A stretch of DNA of 62,758 nt, counting the filler, from Octopus bimaculoides (taxonomy: Eukaryota), in assembly GCF_001194135.2 (NCBI RefSeq). It is 7 parts of 5 records of this genome, joined end to end, with 100 filler letters (N's around TTAATTAATTAA, not from the genome) between each part and the next. Parts side by side here need not be neighbours in the genome. Positions count along the whole stretch, not along the records: positions 43,038 to 55,355 come from NC_069008.1; positions 55,456 to 60,372 come from NC_068984.1; positions 60,473 to 62,758 come from NC_069002.1; 4 more parts are not named here. One strand, written 5' to 3'. Made by a program: the position numbers and the translations under genes. Within the stretch, counting starts at the first letter, position 1; each line of letters opens with the position of its first letter. Positions 49,223 to 61,310 of the stretch are shown here, in pieces. The notes under the pieces are model-generated. The model did no database searches and had not been told where the DNA came from. It saw nothing but the letters and a program-made list of their open reading frames with translations.

Positions 49223-51790
49223 TGTTGCGGAAGGATCCTGACCACCGCCACGACTGAAAGTGGACTAACATATTCCAATAAAATAAAGAACTGTGTGAAG
49301 TGTTGGTAGTTGATAAAGCAGTTGACAATATTGATTGTTCATATTGGTTACTGTGTTAGTTTAATATCCTAACTACGTTTGGAGTGCGTAGAGAGTGCAT
49401 TCTGTGTGAGCATATTAATTCTGTAAAAAGTTATTCCAGATAACCATATCCAAATATCTATTTGGATAACACTATTCTTACATAAGATGTATACAACTCT
49501 TTGCCATAACAACTTTTGTTGACAAGATATTTGAACCCATGCTGGACAGATTATTGTTTCAACATGGAAGATTTACTAGCTCTGGTAATTGAATTACAAA
49601 AACAGTTGGAATTGCAACAACAACTGCTACTCAAGAAAACAGAAAATACATCAAGTTCGGTCACCCCTGATATGGTCACAAACTCCATTGGCGAGTTTAC
49701 ATATAACTCAGATGAGGGTACATATGCAATTAGTGTGACTGAAAATAAGTAATGAAAAACAGAAAATTAACCCATGTTTTGGATGTGGAGATTACAGACT
49801 CAGCTGTTTTGGATGTGGACATTACAGATTCAACTGTTTTGGATGTGGACATTACAGACTCAGCTGTTTTGGATGTGGAGATTACAGACTCAGCTGTTTT
49901 GGATGTGGAGATTACAGATTCAACTGTTTTGGATGTGGACATTACAGACTCAGCTGTTTTGGATGTGGAGATTACAGATTCAACTGTTTTGGATGTGGAC
50001 ATTACAGACTCAGCTGTTTTGGATGTGGACATTACAGACTCAGCTGTTTTGGATGTGGANNNNNNNNNNNNNNNNNNNNNNNNNNNNNNNNNNNNNNNNN
50101 NNNNNNNNNNNNNNNNNNNNNNNNNNNNNNNNNNNNNNNNNNNNNNNNNNNNNNNNNNNNNNNNNNNNNNNNNNNNNNNNNNNNNNNNNNNNNNNNNNNN
50201 NNNNNNNNNNNNNNNNNNNNNNNNNNNNNNNNNNNNNNNNNNNNNNNNNNNNNNNNNNNNNNNNNNNNNNNNNNNNNNNNNNNNNNNNNNNNNNNNNNNN
50301 NNNNNNNNNNNNNNNNNNNNNNNNNNNNNNNNNNNNNNNNNNNNNNNNNNNNNNNNNNNNNNNNNNNNNNNNNNNNNNNNNNNNNNNNNNNNNNNNNNNN
50401 NNNNNNNNNNNNNNNNNNNNNNNNNNNNNNNNNNNNNNNNNNNNNNNNNNNNNNNNNNNNNNNNNNNNNNNNNNNNNNNNNNNNNNNNNNNNNNNNNNNN
50501 NNNNNNNNNNNNTTTTGGATGTGGACATTACAGACTCAGCTGTTTTGGATGTGGACATTACAGACTCAGCTGTTTTGGATGTGGACATTACAGACTCAGC
50601 TGTTTTGGATGTGGACATTACAGACTCAGCTGTTTTGGATGTGGACATTACAGACTCAGCTGTCCTTATAAAAAAAAATCAGAGATGCTTCAAGTGCGGT
50701 AAGATAGGTCATCAAAAATCACACTGTAAAACAAAACCTAGGAAATGGTTCAACAGAAAAAAATTGGGTAAACAATTTATCAGTGACCAGAAATACAGAC
50801 GAGACTCAAAAGAAATTTGTGTATGTAAAAATGTTAGATATAGGTAAGTGACATTACTTTAATTAATGAAAACACATGGAAAAATTTGGGAAACCTACAC
50901 TACAGAAAATATTGAATATTGTACGTGGAGTTTCGGGAACAAAATTAATTTTAAAAGGCGAAATTATTTGTAATGTTATATTTCACAATATAAAAGCGAA
51001 AGCTTATGTATTAGAAAATACAAGCAATCTTTTTGGAACTGACTGGATGGAACTGTTCAACTTATGGGATTTACCCATATTAATTTTTGTAAAAATGTAA
51101 TGGGGTCATGCACCAGTTCAAATATAGAGTCAGAAAATTTTAAAAAGTAGTGAAAAGGTTGTTCCCAGATGTTTTTTTACAGAGGAGATGGGTCAGTGCA
51201 ATAAATTTAAAGCCAAATTTCAGGAAAAAGAACATTCATTATCAGTTTTCAAACCCAAATATAATGTACCATTTGCAGCACTGGAACAAGTGAATAAGGA
51301 ATTAGACAGACTAGAAAAAATGGGAGTGGTTGTATGTTAAAAAGAAGAATAATAGCATTTGTGTATGTGCAGATTTCTCGATGGGACTAAATAAATGTTT
51401 AAGACAGTATAACTACCCATTATCTAGTTCAGAGGAGACCTTCTTGAAGTAAATGGTGGTAGATTGTTCTTGAAATGAGATCTTTCTGATGCTTACTTAT
51501 AAATACAAGTAGAAGACGAATGTACAAAACTTCTAACAATTAATACCCACAAAGGTCTGTACAAATTTAACAGGCTTCCATTTGGCATAAAAGTTGCTCT
51601 GGCTTATATTCCAACAAGTGATGGATACAATGCTTACAGAGTGTGACTTCATGATGGCCTACCTGGATGATATAGTAATTAAAAGTGAATCCTATGATCA
51701 GCATATCGAGCATGTAAAATATTTTTGGAAAAATAAGAGATTATGGATTCACACTCAGTGAGGAGAAATGTGAATTTTTCTTAGCTAGGC
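49223..51790 (+). mobile_element. Decayed Ty3/Gypsy LTR retrotransposon: probable 5' LTR, deleted gag, protease remnant, RT
   Basis: TGTTG start. MEDLL..QKQLELQQQ...NSIGEF.Y gag start at 49564. CCHC CFKCGKIGHQKSHC at 50686-50727. SDITLINENTWKKFGKP, VPFAALEQVNKELDRLE, VCADFS, DLSDAY, THKGLYKFNRLPFG, YLDD at 51660-51671. LTR boundaries uncertain. Confidence 0.92.
49775..50660 (+). repeat. 30-bp tandem array inside Gypsy gag; unit tgttttggatgtggacattacagactcagc = CFGCGHYRLS
   Basis: 9.5 units before and about 5 after a 453-N gap. Unit variants are GAT/CAT and CTCAGC/TTCAAC. Confidence 0.95.
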
Positions 51791-52162
51791 GACAGGTTTA
51801 TTTAGTCAGAGGGGAAGCAGATTAGAAAAAACTTGCTAATGTTCTGCATCGTAAGGAGCAAAGACTTGAAGCATTTTGTGTTGCAAGACAGTGTGTGAGA
51901 GAGAATCGTGATGTCGTAGGAGAGAAATGTGTTCGCATGGATGATGGTTCACTTGCACTAAACGAGGATGCAAAGAAAGAGGTTTGGAAACGCCACTACG
52001 AAAGATTGCTCAATAAAGAGAATGAATGGGAGAAAGAGAGTCTGCCGAATGTCGACCCAACTGAGGGACCAGCTATCCGAGTTGACAGTACCATGGTAGA
52101 TAAAGCAATTAAGAGTATGAAGACAGGGAAAGCCCCTGGCCCATTAGAAATCACTGCAGAGA
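51790..52162 (+). mobile_element. RTE-clade LINE fragment (endonuclease-RT linker) abutting the Gypsy RT
   Basis: RDVVGEKCVR.DDG.LAL.EDAKKEVWKRHYERLLN.EN.W...KAIKSMKTGKAPGP. Confidence 0.88.
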
Positions 52163-52821
52163 NNNNNNNNNNNNNNNNNNNNNNNNNNNNNNNNNNNNNN
52201 NNNNNNNNNNNNNNNNNNNNNNNNNNNNNNNNNNNNNNNNNNNNNNNNNNNNNNNNNNNNNNNNNNNNNNNNNNNNNNNNNNNNNNNNNNNNNNNNNNNN
52301 NNNNNNNNNNNNNNNNNNNNNNNNNNNNNNNNNNNNNNNNNNNNNNNNNNNNNNNNNNNNNNNNNNNNNNNNNNNNNNNNNNNNNNNNNNNNNNNNNNNN
52401 NNNNNNNNNNNNNNNNNNNNNNNNNNNNNNNNNNNNNNNNNNNNNNNNNNNNNNNNNNNNNNNNNNNNNNNNNNNNNNNNNNNNNNNNNNNNNNNNNNNN
52501 NNNNNNNNNNNNNNNNNNNNNNNNNNNNNNNNNNNNNNNNNNNNNNNNNNNNNNNNNNNNNNNNNNNNNNNNNNNNNNNNNNNNNNNNNNNNNNNNNNNN
52601 NNNNNNNNNNNNNNNNNNNNNNACTTACCACACAGCCACTCCTGCGCCTATGCATATTTGGTATATGAATTGTGCATATTTGGTATATAGATTTGATAAT
52701 AGTTTGCAAGTCCCAAAAAAGCCTGTTTTTTTTTTGTCTAATAGCTCTGTCAACCACATTGTTTCACCACCACGTTACTTTGGGTCGAGAGGGGACTTTG
52801 CTACACATTAGTCTTTATAAA

Positions 52822-53530
52822 ATATTATTATTATTATCACTATTGTTGAGAGAGCGAGCTGGTAGGATCATTATTACACCAGACGAAGGTGGAGAGCTGG
52901 CAGAATCATTAGCACACTTGACGAAATGATCAGCAGCATTTCATCCGTCCTTATATTCTGAGTTCAAATTCTGTTGAAGTCGACTTTGTGTTTCATCTTT
53001 CAGGGTCAATAAATTAAGTACCAATGAAATACTGGTGTTGATGTAATTAATTAGCCCCCTTCCCGCAAATTTCAGGCTTTGTGCCTATATTATTATTGTT
53101 ATTATTATTATTATCACTATTGTTGAGACAGCAAGCTGGTAGGATCATTATTACATCAGACGAAGGTGATGAGCTGGCAGAATGGTTAGCATGCCGGACA
53201 AAATGCTTAGTGATATTTTGCCAGTTGTTACGTTCTGTGTTCAAATTCCACTGAGATTAACTTTGCTTTTCATCCTTTTGCAGTCGGTAAATTAAGTACC
53301 ATTGAAACACTGGGGTCAATGTAATTGACTGGTCTCCTCCCACAAAATTTCAGGCCATGTAGAAAGGATTATTACACCTGACAAAATGCTTCAAGGCATT
53401 TCCTCTGTCTTTACATTGAGTTCAAATTCTGTCAGGGTCGACTTTGCCTTTGGATCATTGAAGTTGAGAAATGGGGTCAATGTAATCAACTGTCACCTTC
53501 CTACAAAATTTTAAGCCTTGCACCTATAGT
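52822..53530 (+). mobile_element. Tandem cluster of SINE family A copies (two share a 5' flank, third partial)
   Basis: Unit tcactattgttgag..agctggtaggatcattattac..cagacgaaggtg..gagctggcagaat occurs twice. Confidence 0.8.
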
Positions 53531-53551
53531 AGAAATGATTATTATTATTAT

Positions 53552-53638
<87 letters not shown>

Positions 53639-54131
53639 TATTATCATCATCATTATTATTATTATTACTAGGTTGTTACCTGTTACTATATTGCTAGTAA
53701 AAAATATTTGTTAATCTTGCATGTACCTTCATAAATTGTTTAAAGTGAAAGTCTTTTTTTAAAGTCTGTATTACATTGTCTATAAGTTGAAATACATAAA
53801 CACACATGCACACACTCATACAGATACACACAAACAATAAAGAAAAATAACTATGTATATTGTATATATACATATAGTCTTTTTTTAAGTAGGTTGTGTT
53901 GTGTTGACAGACTTGCATTTAACATTTCTGTATTTTTGATCAAAGCTTGTTAGTTACTAAAGTGACAACACTACCTATTTATCTATCTTTCATGCACTCT
54001 CTGTCTCATTGTATTTCTCTCTAAACAACTTTTTCTCCAACCCTTCTCTTTCTCTACACAGATGTTGTTATGAACAGACAGACAGATGGCGATCAGCCGG
54101 TCTTTTATAATATAACATTATTGTTACATAC

Positions 54132-54390
54132 CTAACATGGTTTGTCTTCTCTGCACAGAATTTCTGACTGCTAATTATTTCATGAATCTTCATCAGTCCT
54201 GAGACATCTACTTGACGCATTGCAGACACCAGTCCCTCAAGAATTTCAGGAAATTCTGGACGGACATCTTCACTGTATTTCAAACACAGTATCTGCAATG
54301 TGCCAAGGATGTTTCTTATGTCTTTGTTATCAATGTTCGGATGTCCAGTGTGATACTGGAAGAGAAGCTTTGTCACTCTGGTACTTCTAT
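54132..54390 (-). CDS. Large lipid transfer protein exon: RSTRVTKLLFQYHTGHPNIDNKDIRNILGTLQILCLKYSEDVRPEFPEILEGLVSAMRQVDVSGLMKIHEIISSQKFCAEKTNHV(R)
   Basis: tttattttcgtcatttag| acceptor and |gtatgt donor, 259 nt, phase 1 to 2. LLF...IL.TL..LC....VRPE.P.....LV..MR resembles apolipophorin/apoB at the beta-to-alpha transition. Confidence 0.83.
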
Positions 54391-54562
54391 CTAAATGACG
54401 AAAATAAAAAGAAAAAACAAAACAATAAAAACAAACAATAACGATAAAGAAAACAAATAAAAATATAAGGGAAAACATAAACAACTCTTGTCATCACTGA
54501 TCATGAGTCAATAAGGGAAGGGAACTTCTATATAGTCATACAATTTGCAAGAAATAGCCAAA

Positions 54563-54925
54563 TGTGGCTGTGTGGTAAGAAGTTTGCTTCCCATCCACAT
54601 GGTTCTGGGTTCAGTCCCACTGCATGGCACCTGGGGCAAGTGTCTTCTACTATAGCCTTGGGCAGACCAAACCCTTGTGAGTGGATTTGGAGATGGAAAC
54701 TGAAAGAAGCCAATTGTATATATGTGTGTGTGTCTGTCCCCCAATAACACTTGACAACTGGTGTTGGCTTATGTCCCCTGTAACTTAGCAGTTTGGCAAA
54801 AAGTAACCAACAGAATAAGTACCAAGCTTAAAAAATACTGGGGTTCATTTATTTGACTAAAAGTTCTTCAGTCATTAGTCTATGGCCATGCTGGCCATAG
54901 ACTAATGACTGAAACAGATAAAAGA
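54563..54925 (+). mobile_element. SINE family B copy
   Basis: tggctgtgtggtaagaagtttgcttcc...ggaaactgaaagaagcc...gactgaaac. Confidence 0.85.
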
Positions 54926-56205
54926 AAGGTAAAATAGGACTATACTGATATCTATTAAAGGTAGGATGTGTGTGTGTACGTACATGAATGTAATATATGC
55001 ATGTCCACAAATTAGCACACATGTTGTTCCAATTTTAGGAGGACATTGGTCACGACCATGGCTGTGTTTTTGTTAACTTATTTTTCTTGAAGTACCCATG
55101 AATAGCAGTAAAAATCGATTTTCAACCATAACTTTTACCAATTTCTACGTCGGTGAAATCCTTAAGTTTGCTAACATGAGTTAAGTCCCCTGTCTAGCAA
55201 TGGCGGAAAAGAAAAACAAAGAGGAAATTTTTAGATTAACACCTGCACAATTTTCACTAAGAAAAACAAAAAAACTTGAATTTTTTGCATGGAATCCAGT
55301 ACCCTGACTTCCTAATATGCTGCAAATCCCTTATTTTGGTAGAGAAAAAGGTGGGNNNNNNNNNNNNNNNNNNNNNNNNNNNNNNNNNNNNNNNNNNNNT
55401 TAATTAATTAANNNNNNNNNNNNNNNNNNNNNNNNNNNNNNNNNNNNNNNNNNNNCAGGGAGTAGAAACATATATATATACACACACTCACGCAGACACA
55501 CTCACACAGACACACACAAGCTCGCGCGCGCGCGTTTAAATTGTAGAATTATTGTTATGTTTGTGCGTCTTTCGATGGTTTTAGCGTCTGAAAATAGTTG
55601 TTAGAAGAGCAGAATGATGAGGACATTGCTCAGCGAGATTTGATATTGGTGAATAGGTGCAAGCACTTGTATAATTTTGCCTGCGTATGATGTTGTGTGC
55701 ACGCGTGGGTGTGATGCATGTATGTATGTGTGTATGTATGTATGATCATGTGCATATCATTACAAGCAACAATATGTGTGCATGGGTGTATATATGTATA
55801 TATATGTATATGTATATATGTGTGTATATATGAATATATATATATACATATGTGTATGTGTGTGCGTGTTTTTGTGTATGTATATGTATTTACATGCGCA
55901 CACACTTAAATGGTTCTGCATGCCTTGATGAAGTTATATTAAGGGAATTAATTGGATATATTTTAATTATAAATATTGGTAGGTGGGCTATTTCCATTTA
56001 GCTCAATAAAGGTATGAAACGGCGATGTTACATGTACCCAAATATAATCAACAAGTTCTTGAGATAATAAATATGTCCCTTGGGAGATATAAAAGAAAAG
56101 GTGAAACTTAAGATGGCAGATTAATACAAGACCTTTGAATAAAAGGGGAAACACAGGACAGTGTTATACATAAGTAGTTATTCGTCAATCCATTTAGTCA
56201 AGTTA

Positions 56206-56241
<36 letters not shown>

Positions 56242-56384
56242 AAGTTTGGAGGTGATGTACAGGAATTATATATTAGAAAAAATAAGGTACTCAGATATCT
56301 GATGGTTGTGCATTTACAGATTTTTATTAATGTCACATGTTTTATAAATATTAGCGCTTGCACCTATTCTTGTAGGTTCTTCAA

Positions 56385-56466
<82 letters not shown>

Positions 56467-57274
56467 TGTTTCATTTCTGTTAGGTCTTCATCTTTCGGGG
56501 TTATTTTATTTTGTGTCAAATCTAACACCATTCTGTACTGTTTTCGTTGTATGGCCAGGTATAATTTGACTACGAAATAAAAAAAAAATGTATAAAGGAT
56601 TCTCTCCAAAGCTTTAGAACTGAACTGAGCACATTCTGTCTTACAAACCAAGGTACATTTAGTTCTTTAGTTTGTTGTAGCCATCACAGTTATGGCCATG
56701 ATGAAGCACGGCCTTCAGAGGAATCTATTTTTATGCAATTTTTGTGTTGATAAAATTGTTTGAGATTAAAACACACATTGACGAGATTTTCGTTAGGTAT
56801 TTCATACCTTGTTTTATACTTGTTTTCTCAGTTAGCTATAAATGGATCTCCATCAACTTCGAACTCCCTTCTCATTGAATTAGCATACAAGTGGCTGAAT
56901 ATTCCACAGGCATGTGCGCTCTTAACGTATTTCTCAAACGGAATCAGCCTGGCACAGGGAAGAAGCTGTACTTTGGAATTTAAAAGTCAATCTTATAAGA
57001 TGGATTTCCGTACAGTTTCCTTCTACACAGTTTCCGTCTTACAAAGCTTAAGCTGATTGAGGAAACGGTAAAAGACATTTGCCAAAGACGCTTCACAATG
57101 AAATCGAACTCCAGACCTCATGATTTCGAAGCGAACGTTTTGGCCTTGTTGCGTCCATCGTTTTCTTTTTATGAGCTTAGGACTCAAGAGGCCACCTAGC
57201 GGGTTTCCATGGCATTTAAATGACCGAAATCTTAATATTCTCGATGAACGGAACGCCGGTACATTACAGGGTTC

Positions 57275-57474
57275 AAAGCCAGAAATGTTGAGGGTAGGGG
57301 ACAAGCCTATTTCATCCACCCCAGTATATGACTGGTATTATATTTTATCGACCCTAAAGAGATGAAAGGCAAAGTTGACCTCAGCGAGATTTGAACTGAG
57401 GACGTAAAGAGCCGAAAGAAATGCCGATAAGCATTTTGTCCGATGTGATAACGATTCTGCCAGTACCCTGCCTT
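57275..57474 (-). mobile_element. SINE family A copy
   Basis: Similarity to 1774-1988. Confidence 0.8.
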
Positions 57475-57987
57475 AGCTCTTTATGCCTTATAAACATTCT
57501 GTTACTAACAAAGTGTCTTATTATCTTCATAAACTATAACCAAAGTTAATGATTCTTTACATAAAAAAAAAAACGATATAATGTAATTCGTTTGGTAAAT
57601 GTAAGTAAACAAAACTTTGTCTCGCTGCGAAAAATGTTTTTGGCTTAAACCCCATGTTAATGAGAACACGTTATCAGAAACAAATATATTGCGGTGTAAT
57701 TTCGATTCTATTTAGAATCTCTTCTTGTCAAGCAGATTACAGCTAAGTTAACGAACTTCCTAGCAAAACTAATTATATCTACACGCAAACAAAATGGCGC
57801 TGGGAATTTTTTCTAAGAAAGAGACTGTGTTGTATTTACATTCTTCAATCTGTAATAAAACCGTAGCCATCTTCTCTTTGATTCTGGTGGATTAGATTTA
57901 GGTCTACTTAATCCAATGCATTTATCTATTTATAAAACTGTAAGGTGACATTTAGAAAAAGAGCTGGCTGTTAATTTTAAAAGTTTG

Positions 57988-58205
57988 AAAGGGGGGGAGC
58001 TGACAGAATCGGTAGCGAGTCAGGCAAAATATTTCGTTGCAGTTCTTTCGGTTCTTTACTTTCTGAGTTCGAATTCCGCCAAGGTCGAGTTTTGCCTATT
58101 ACCCTTTCGGAGTTGGTGAAATCAATCTCATTTGAACTATGGCGTCGAAGTAATCGACTTTCTTCCTTTCTTAAAATTGCTGGCCTTGTGACGAAATTTG
58201 AAAAA
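57988..58205 (+). mobile_element. SINE family A copy
   Basis: gagctgacagaatcggtagc...gagttcgaattccgcc. Confidence 0.8.
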
Positions 58206-58784
58206 TGTTAAATTTAGGTTAAACTGATTTACTAAAGTGATTTATCCATGTATAAAGCTGTAAGGTAACATTTGAAGGAGACTTGACTGAAACGGATAAG
58301 ATTTAGAGAAAATACATTGTTTGGAAAGTGTGTAAAGAAAGTCATAAAGCAGGAGTTAAGTACATCAACGTTTAGAAGTTGCAAATAAACAATGAGTGAG
58401 GCAGGAGTTTTAGAAAAACAAATATCAAACACGTGAAAAATATCCTCCATTTTACAGAAGGTCGGGTTGTGTAACAACATATAGCAACTTAGACTTCTTT
58501 GAATTATTTGTTGTTGTGTGCATACATACATACATACATACATACATACATACATANNNNNNNNNNNNNNNNNNNNNNNNNNNNNNNNNNNNNNNNNNNN
58601 NNNNNNNNNNNNNNNNNNNNNNNNNNNNNNNNNNATGTGTGTATGTATGTATGTAGGTATGTATGCATGTATGTGTGTGTGTATGTATATGCATATGTAT
58701 ATGTATATATATATATATATCTATGTATGTATAAATGTATGTATATGAGTGCGTATGTTTGCATATATACGTGTATGTATATGC

Positions 58785-58871
<87 letters not shown>

Positions 58872-59279
58872 TGATATATATTTTTGCTTAAAATGTCATC
58901 AACTTACACTTTTATTCCATATGTCTAGTTCATTCGAACCATATTGAATTCTTATGTATGTATGTATGTATGTATGTATGCATGCATATGTATGTATGTA
59001 TGTATGTGTGTATGTGGGGATTGTGTTTGTGTGTGTATTTTGCGTGTGTGCGCGCGTGCATCATTTTCATAAACCAGGAGACAATGATTAAATTGAGACA
59101 GTGATAAAATACATATAGATACATAAATATTAAAAGTATATAACATACTAATAAAGTAAGATTAAAGAAATGATTGTACGTGCGTTTATGCATGTGTACG
59201 TGCATGCATATATGTATGTATGTGTGTATATATGTATATACGTATCAGTATATACAAAAGACATGCGCACGCACATATA

Positions 59280-59420
59280 CGATAGGCTTCCACGCAATTT
59301 CCCTCAACGAAATTCATTCACAAGGCATTGGTTGGCCTGTGGTATTAGTAGAAGACACTTTCCTAAGGTGGCACACAGTGGGACTGAACACAAAACCACG
59401 CGGCCATGGTTATACCTCTG
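59280..59420 (-). mobile_element. SINE family B fragment
   Basis: Reverse-complement match. Confidence 0.7.
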
Positions 59421-60483
59421 CATCTTTTCGTTCTTCTTTAATACATTGAATTCTTTCTCGAAAGAAGGTATTGGCTTCTAAGAGGAAAACAAAGAATCGA
59501 AGTTGGAACTCTGATAACAATAATGGAAAATATGCTGAATTTTGAAAAGTCTTCCATATTTTCAATATTTCTCACAAGGATATTGATTTTGTAGAATGTG
59601 TTTTTGCTGGCGGCTTTCTTTGAAAGAAAAGCTTTTGAAATTATTAATAATTTTCCTTGAAATTTAATTAAGTTCTACTTTGCTGAAGCGGCAGCATCAT
59701 TTTGTTTAAGTGAAGTTATTTTGTTTAAGTGAAGACAGTTGGTAAAATATTTGTGAATCTGTGTGTGAGCCCTTGTTCCGTTTTGGAGGCCTACATGCGC
59801 TGTCAGTTAACAATATTTACTGATTTCTGATGAAGAAAACAAGGCTTCGTGTCAACTCTGACTTACCTTTCTTAGTATCTACTGCTGAAGAGAGGTAAAG
59901 TGCTCGAAATGCATCCAGAAGTCCAAAGAGAGTGCTTTCAGCTAGCTATGCCGTTGTAACACTTTTTTGTGTATAGTGGGAATTTTAATTTTTCTCCACG
60001 GCAAAAATGTGAGGAAAAGCCACTCTAGGTCCAAATATATCGCGAATATATTCGAGCTAACTTAAATTTTCTTATATACTTACATATATGCCTACACGCA
60101 CGCACGCACTGATGTATGTAATATATTCATACATGCACGAATGTTTGTAGGTATGTCTATTACATTCAAATATATATTTATACGCATGCGCACACCCTCT
60201 CTACTCCCGTATATCCACATCTAAATCGAAACATCGGATTGTTCGCCACAATTTTTAAACACAAATATCAAACGATACTGGCGTACACAGTTACACTCAC
60301 AACATGCACATACACACACATAAATACATTGACACACATACGTATCTATATATAAGCATATATATATATATANNNNNNNNNNNNNNNNNNNNNNNNNNNN
60401 NNNNNNNNNNNNNNNNTTAATTAATTAANNNNNNNNNNNNNNNNNNNNNNNNNNNNNNNNNNNNNNNNNNNNTATATATATAT

Positions 60484-60790
60484 ACCTGCAGGAAAATGGT
60501 TTAACTTCCAAGAACATTCATGCTGACATGGTTGCAACATTAAGCAATGACGTTCCAGCTTTTATCAAAAGAGCAAAAGTGGGCAGGAGAATTTAGAAAG
60601 GGAAGAGAAGGTCTTGAAAATGACCCAAAGTTTGGGTGTCCTGCAACTGCCACCACATTGATCGTGTTCACCACAGGGTAATAGATAACACATGATTGAC
60701 TATAAATCAAATACCCAATGCTATCAGCATATCCTGCGAGAGAGTTGAAAATATTCTGTAAATGTAACTCATATCCATATAGAAGTAAGA
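60484..60790 (+). mobile_element. Mariner N-terminal fragment, same lineage as 9690-10642
   Basis: GLTSKNIHADMVATL.ND, KWAGEFRKGRE.LENDP. Confidence 0.8.
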
Positions 60791-61310
60791 AGCGATTAAG
60801 TCGTGAAAGTAAAGGGGTATGTCTACTTAGGGCACACAGTGAATAAGTACCGAGACATGGATGCTGAAATCTCAAAGAAAATAAGGGGAAGGTGTTTACT
60901 TCAAGAGAGGATGTACTCAAAACAAAGCTGGACAAGTCCATACGTGCCAGATACTTCAAGAGCATCGTCCTACCTGCGCTCTTATACACAAGTCAAACAT
61001 GGGCAACTACGAATAGGAAAGAACAGCGATTGGCTACAATGCAAAAGCCCATGGGACAGATCCATGCTAGGAATATTATTACTATAGCACATTGGAAATT
61101 AGATCATTCGAGAACGGAATGGAATGAACAATGTGAATACAAAGTACCGACACAAGCACGAGGTAGGATCATGCAATTTCAGAATGGTGTCTAAGAGATG
61201 GGAAATGGCCATTCGGGAAGACGATCTAATTAATCGATTTGAGAGGAGATGGAAAAGAATGGCGCAATCAAGAAAAAACTGAAAGCGCATTGTGACCAGC
61301 GATATATAGC
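60790..61310 (+). mobile_element. RTE-like LINE 3' fragment
   Basis: YVYLGH...DAEISKKIR, FKSIVLPALLY.SQTW. Confidence 0.75.

Noticed and set aside
49752-50847. ORF-track proteins (DITDSAVLDV)n, (MWTLQTQLFW)n and (MSTSKTAESV)n
   Set aside because: They are alternative frames of the 30-bp array. The flanking context supports the CFGCG frame as native.
56465-56569. Candidate LLTP exon KLYLAIQRKQYRMVLDL…
   Set aside because: The donor would be GTGTGT in a (CA)n tract and there is no LLTP similarity.
56760-57056. 98-aa ORF with an acceptor-like start
   Set aside because: Its core matches the interspersed repeat at 42705-42937.
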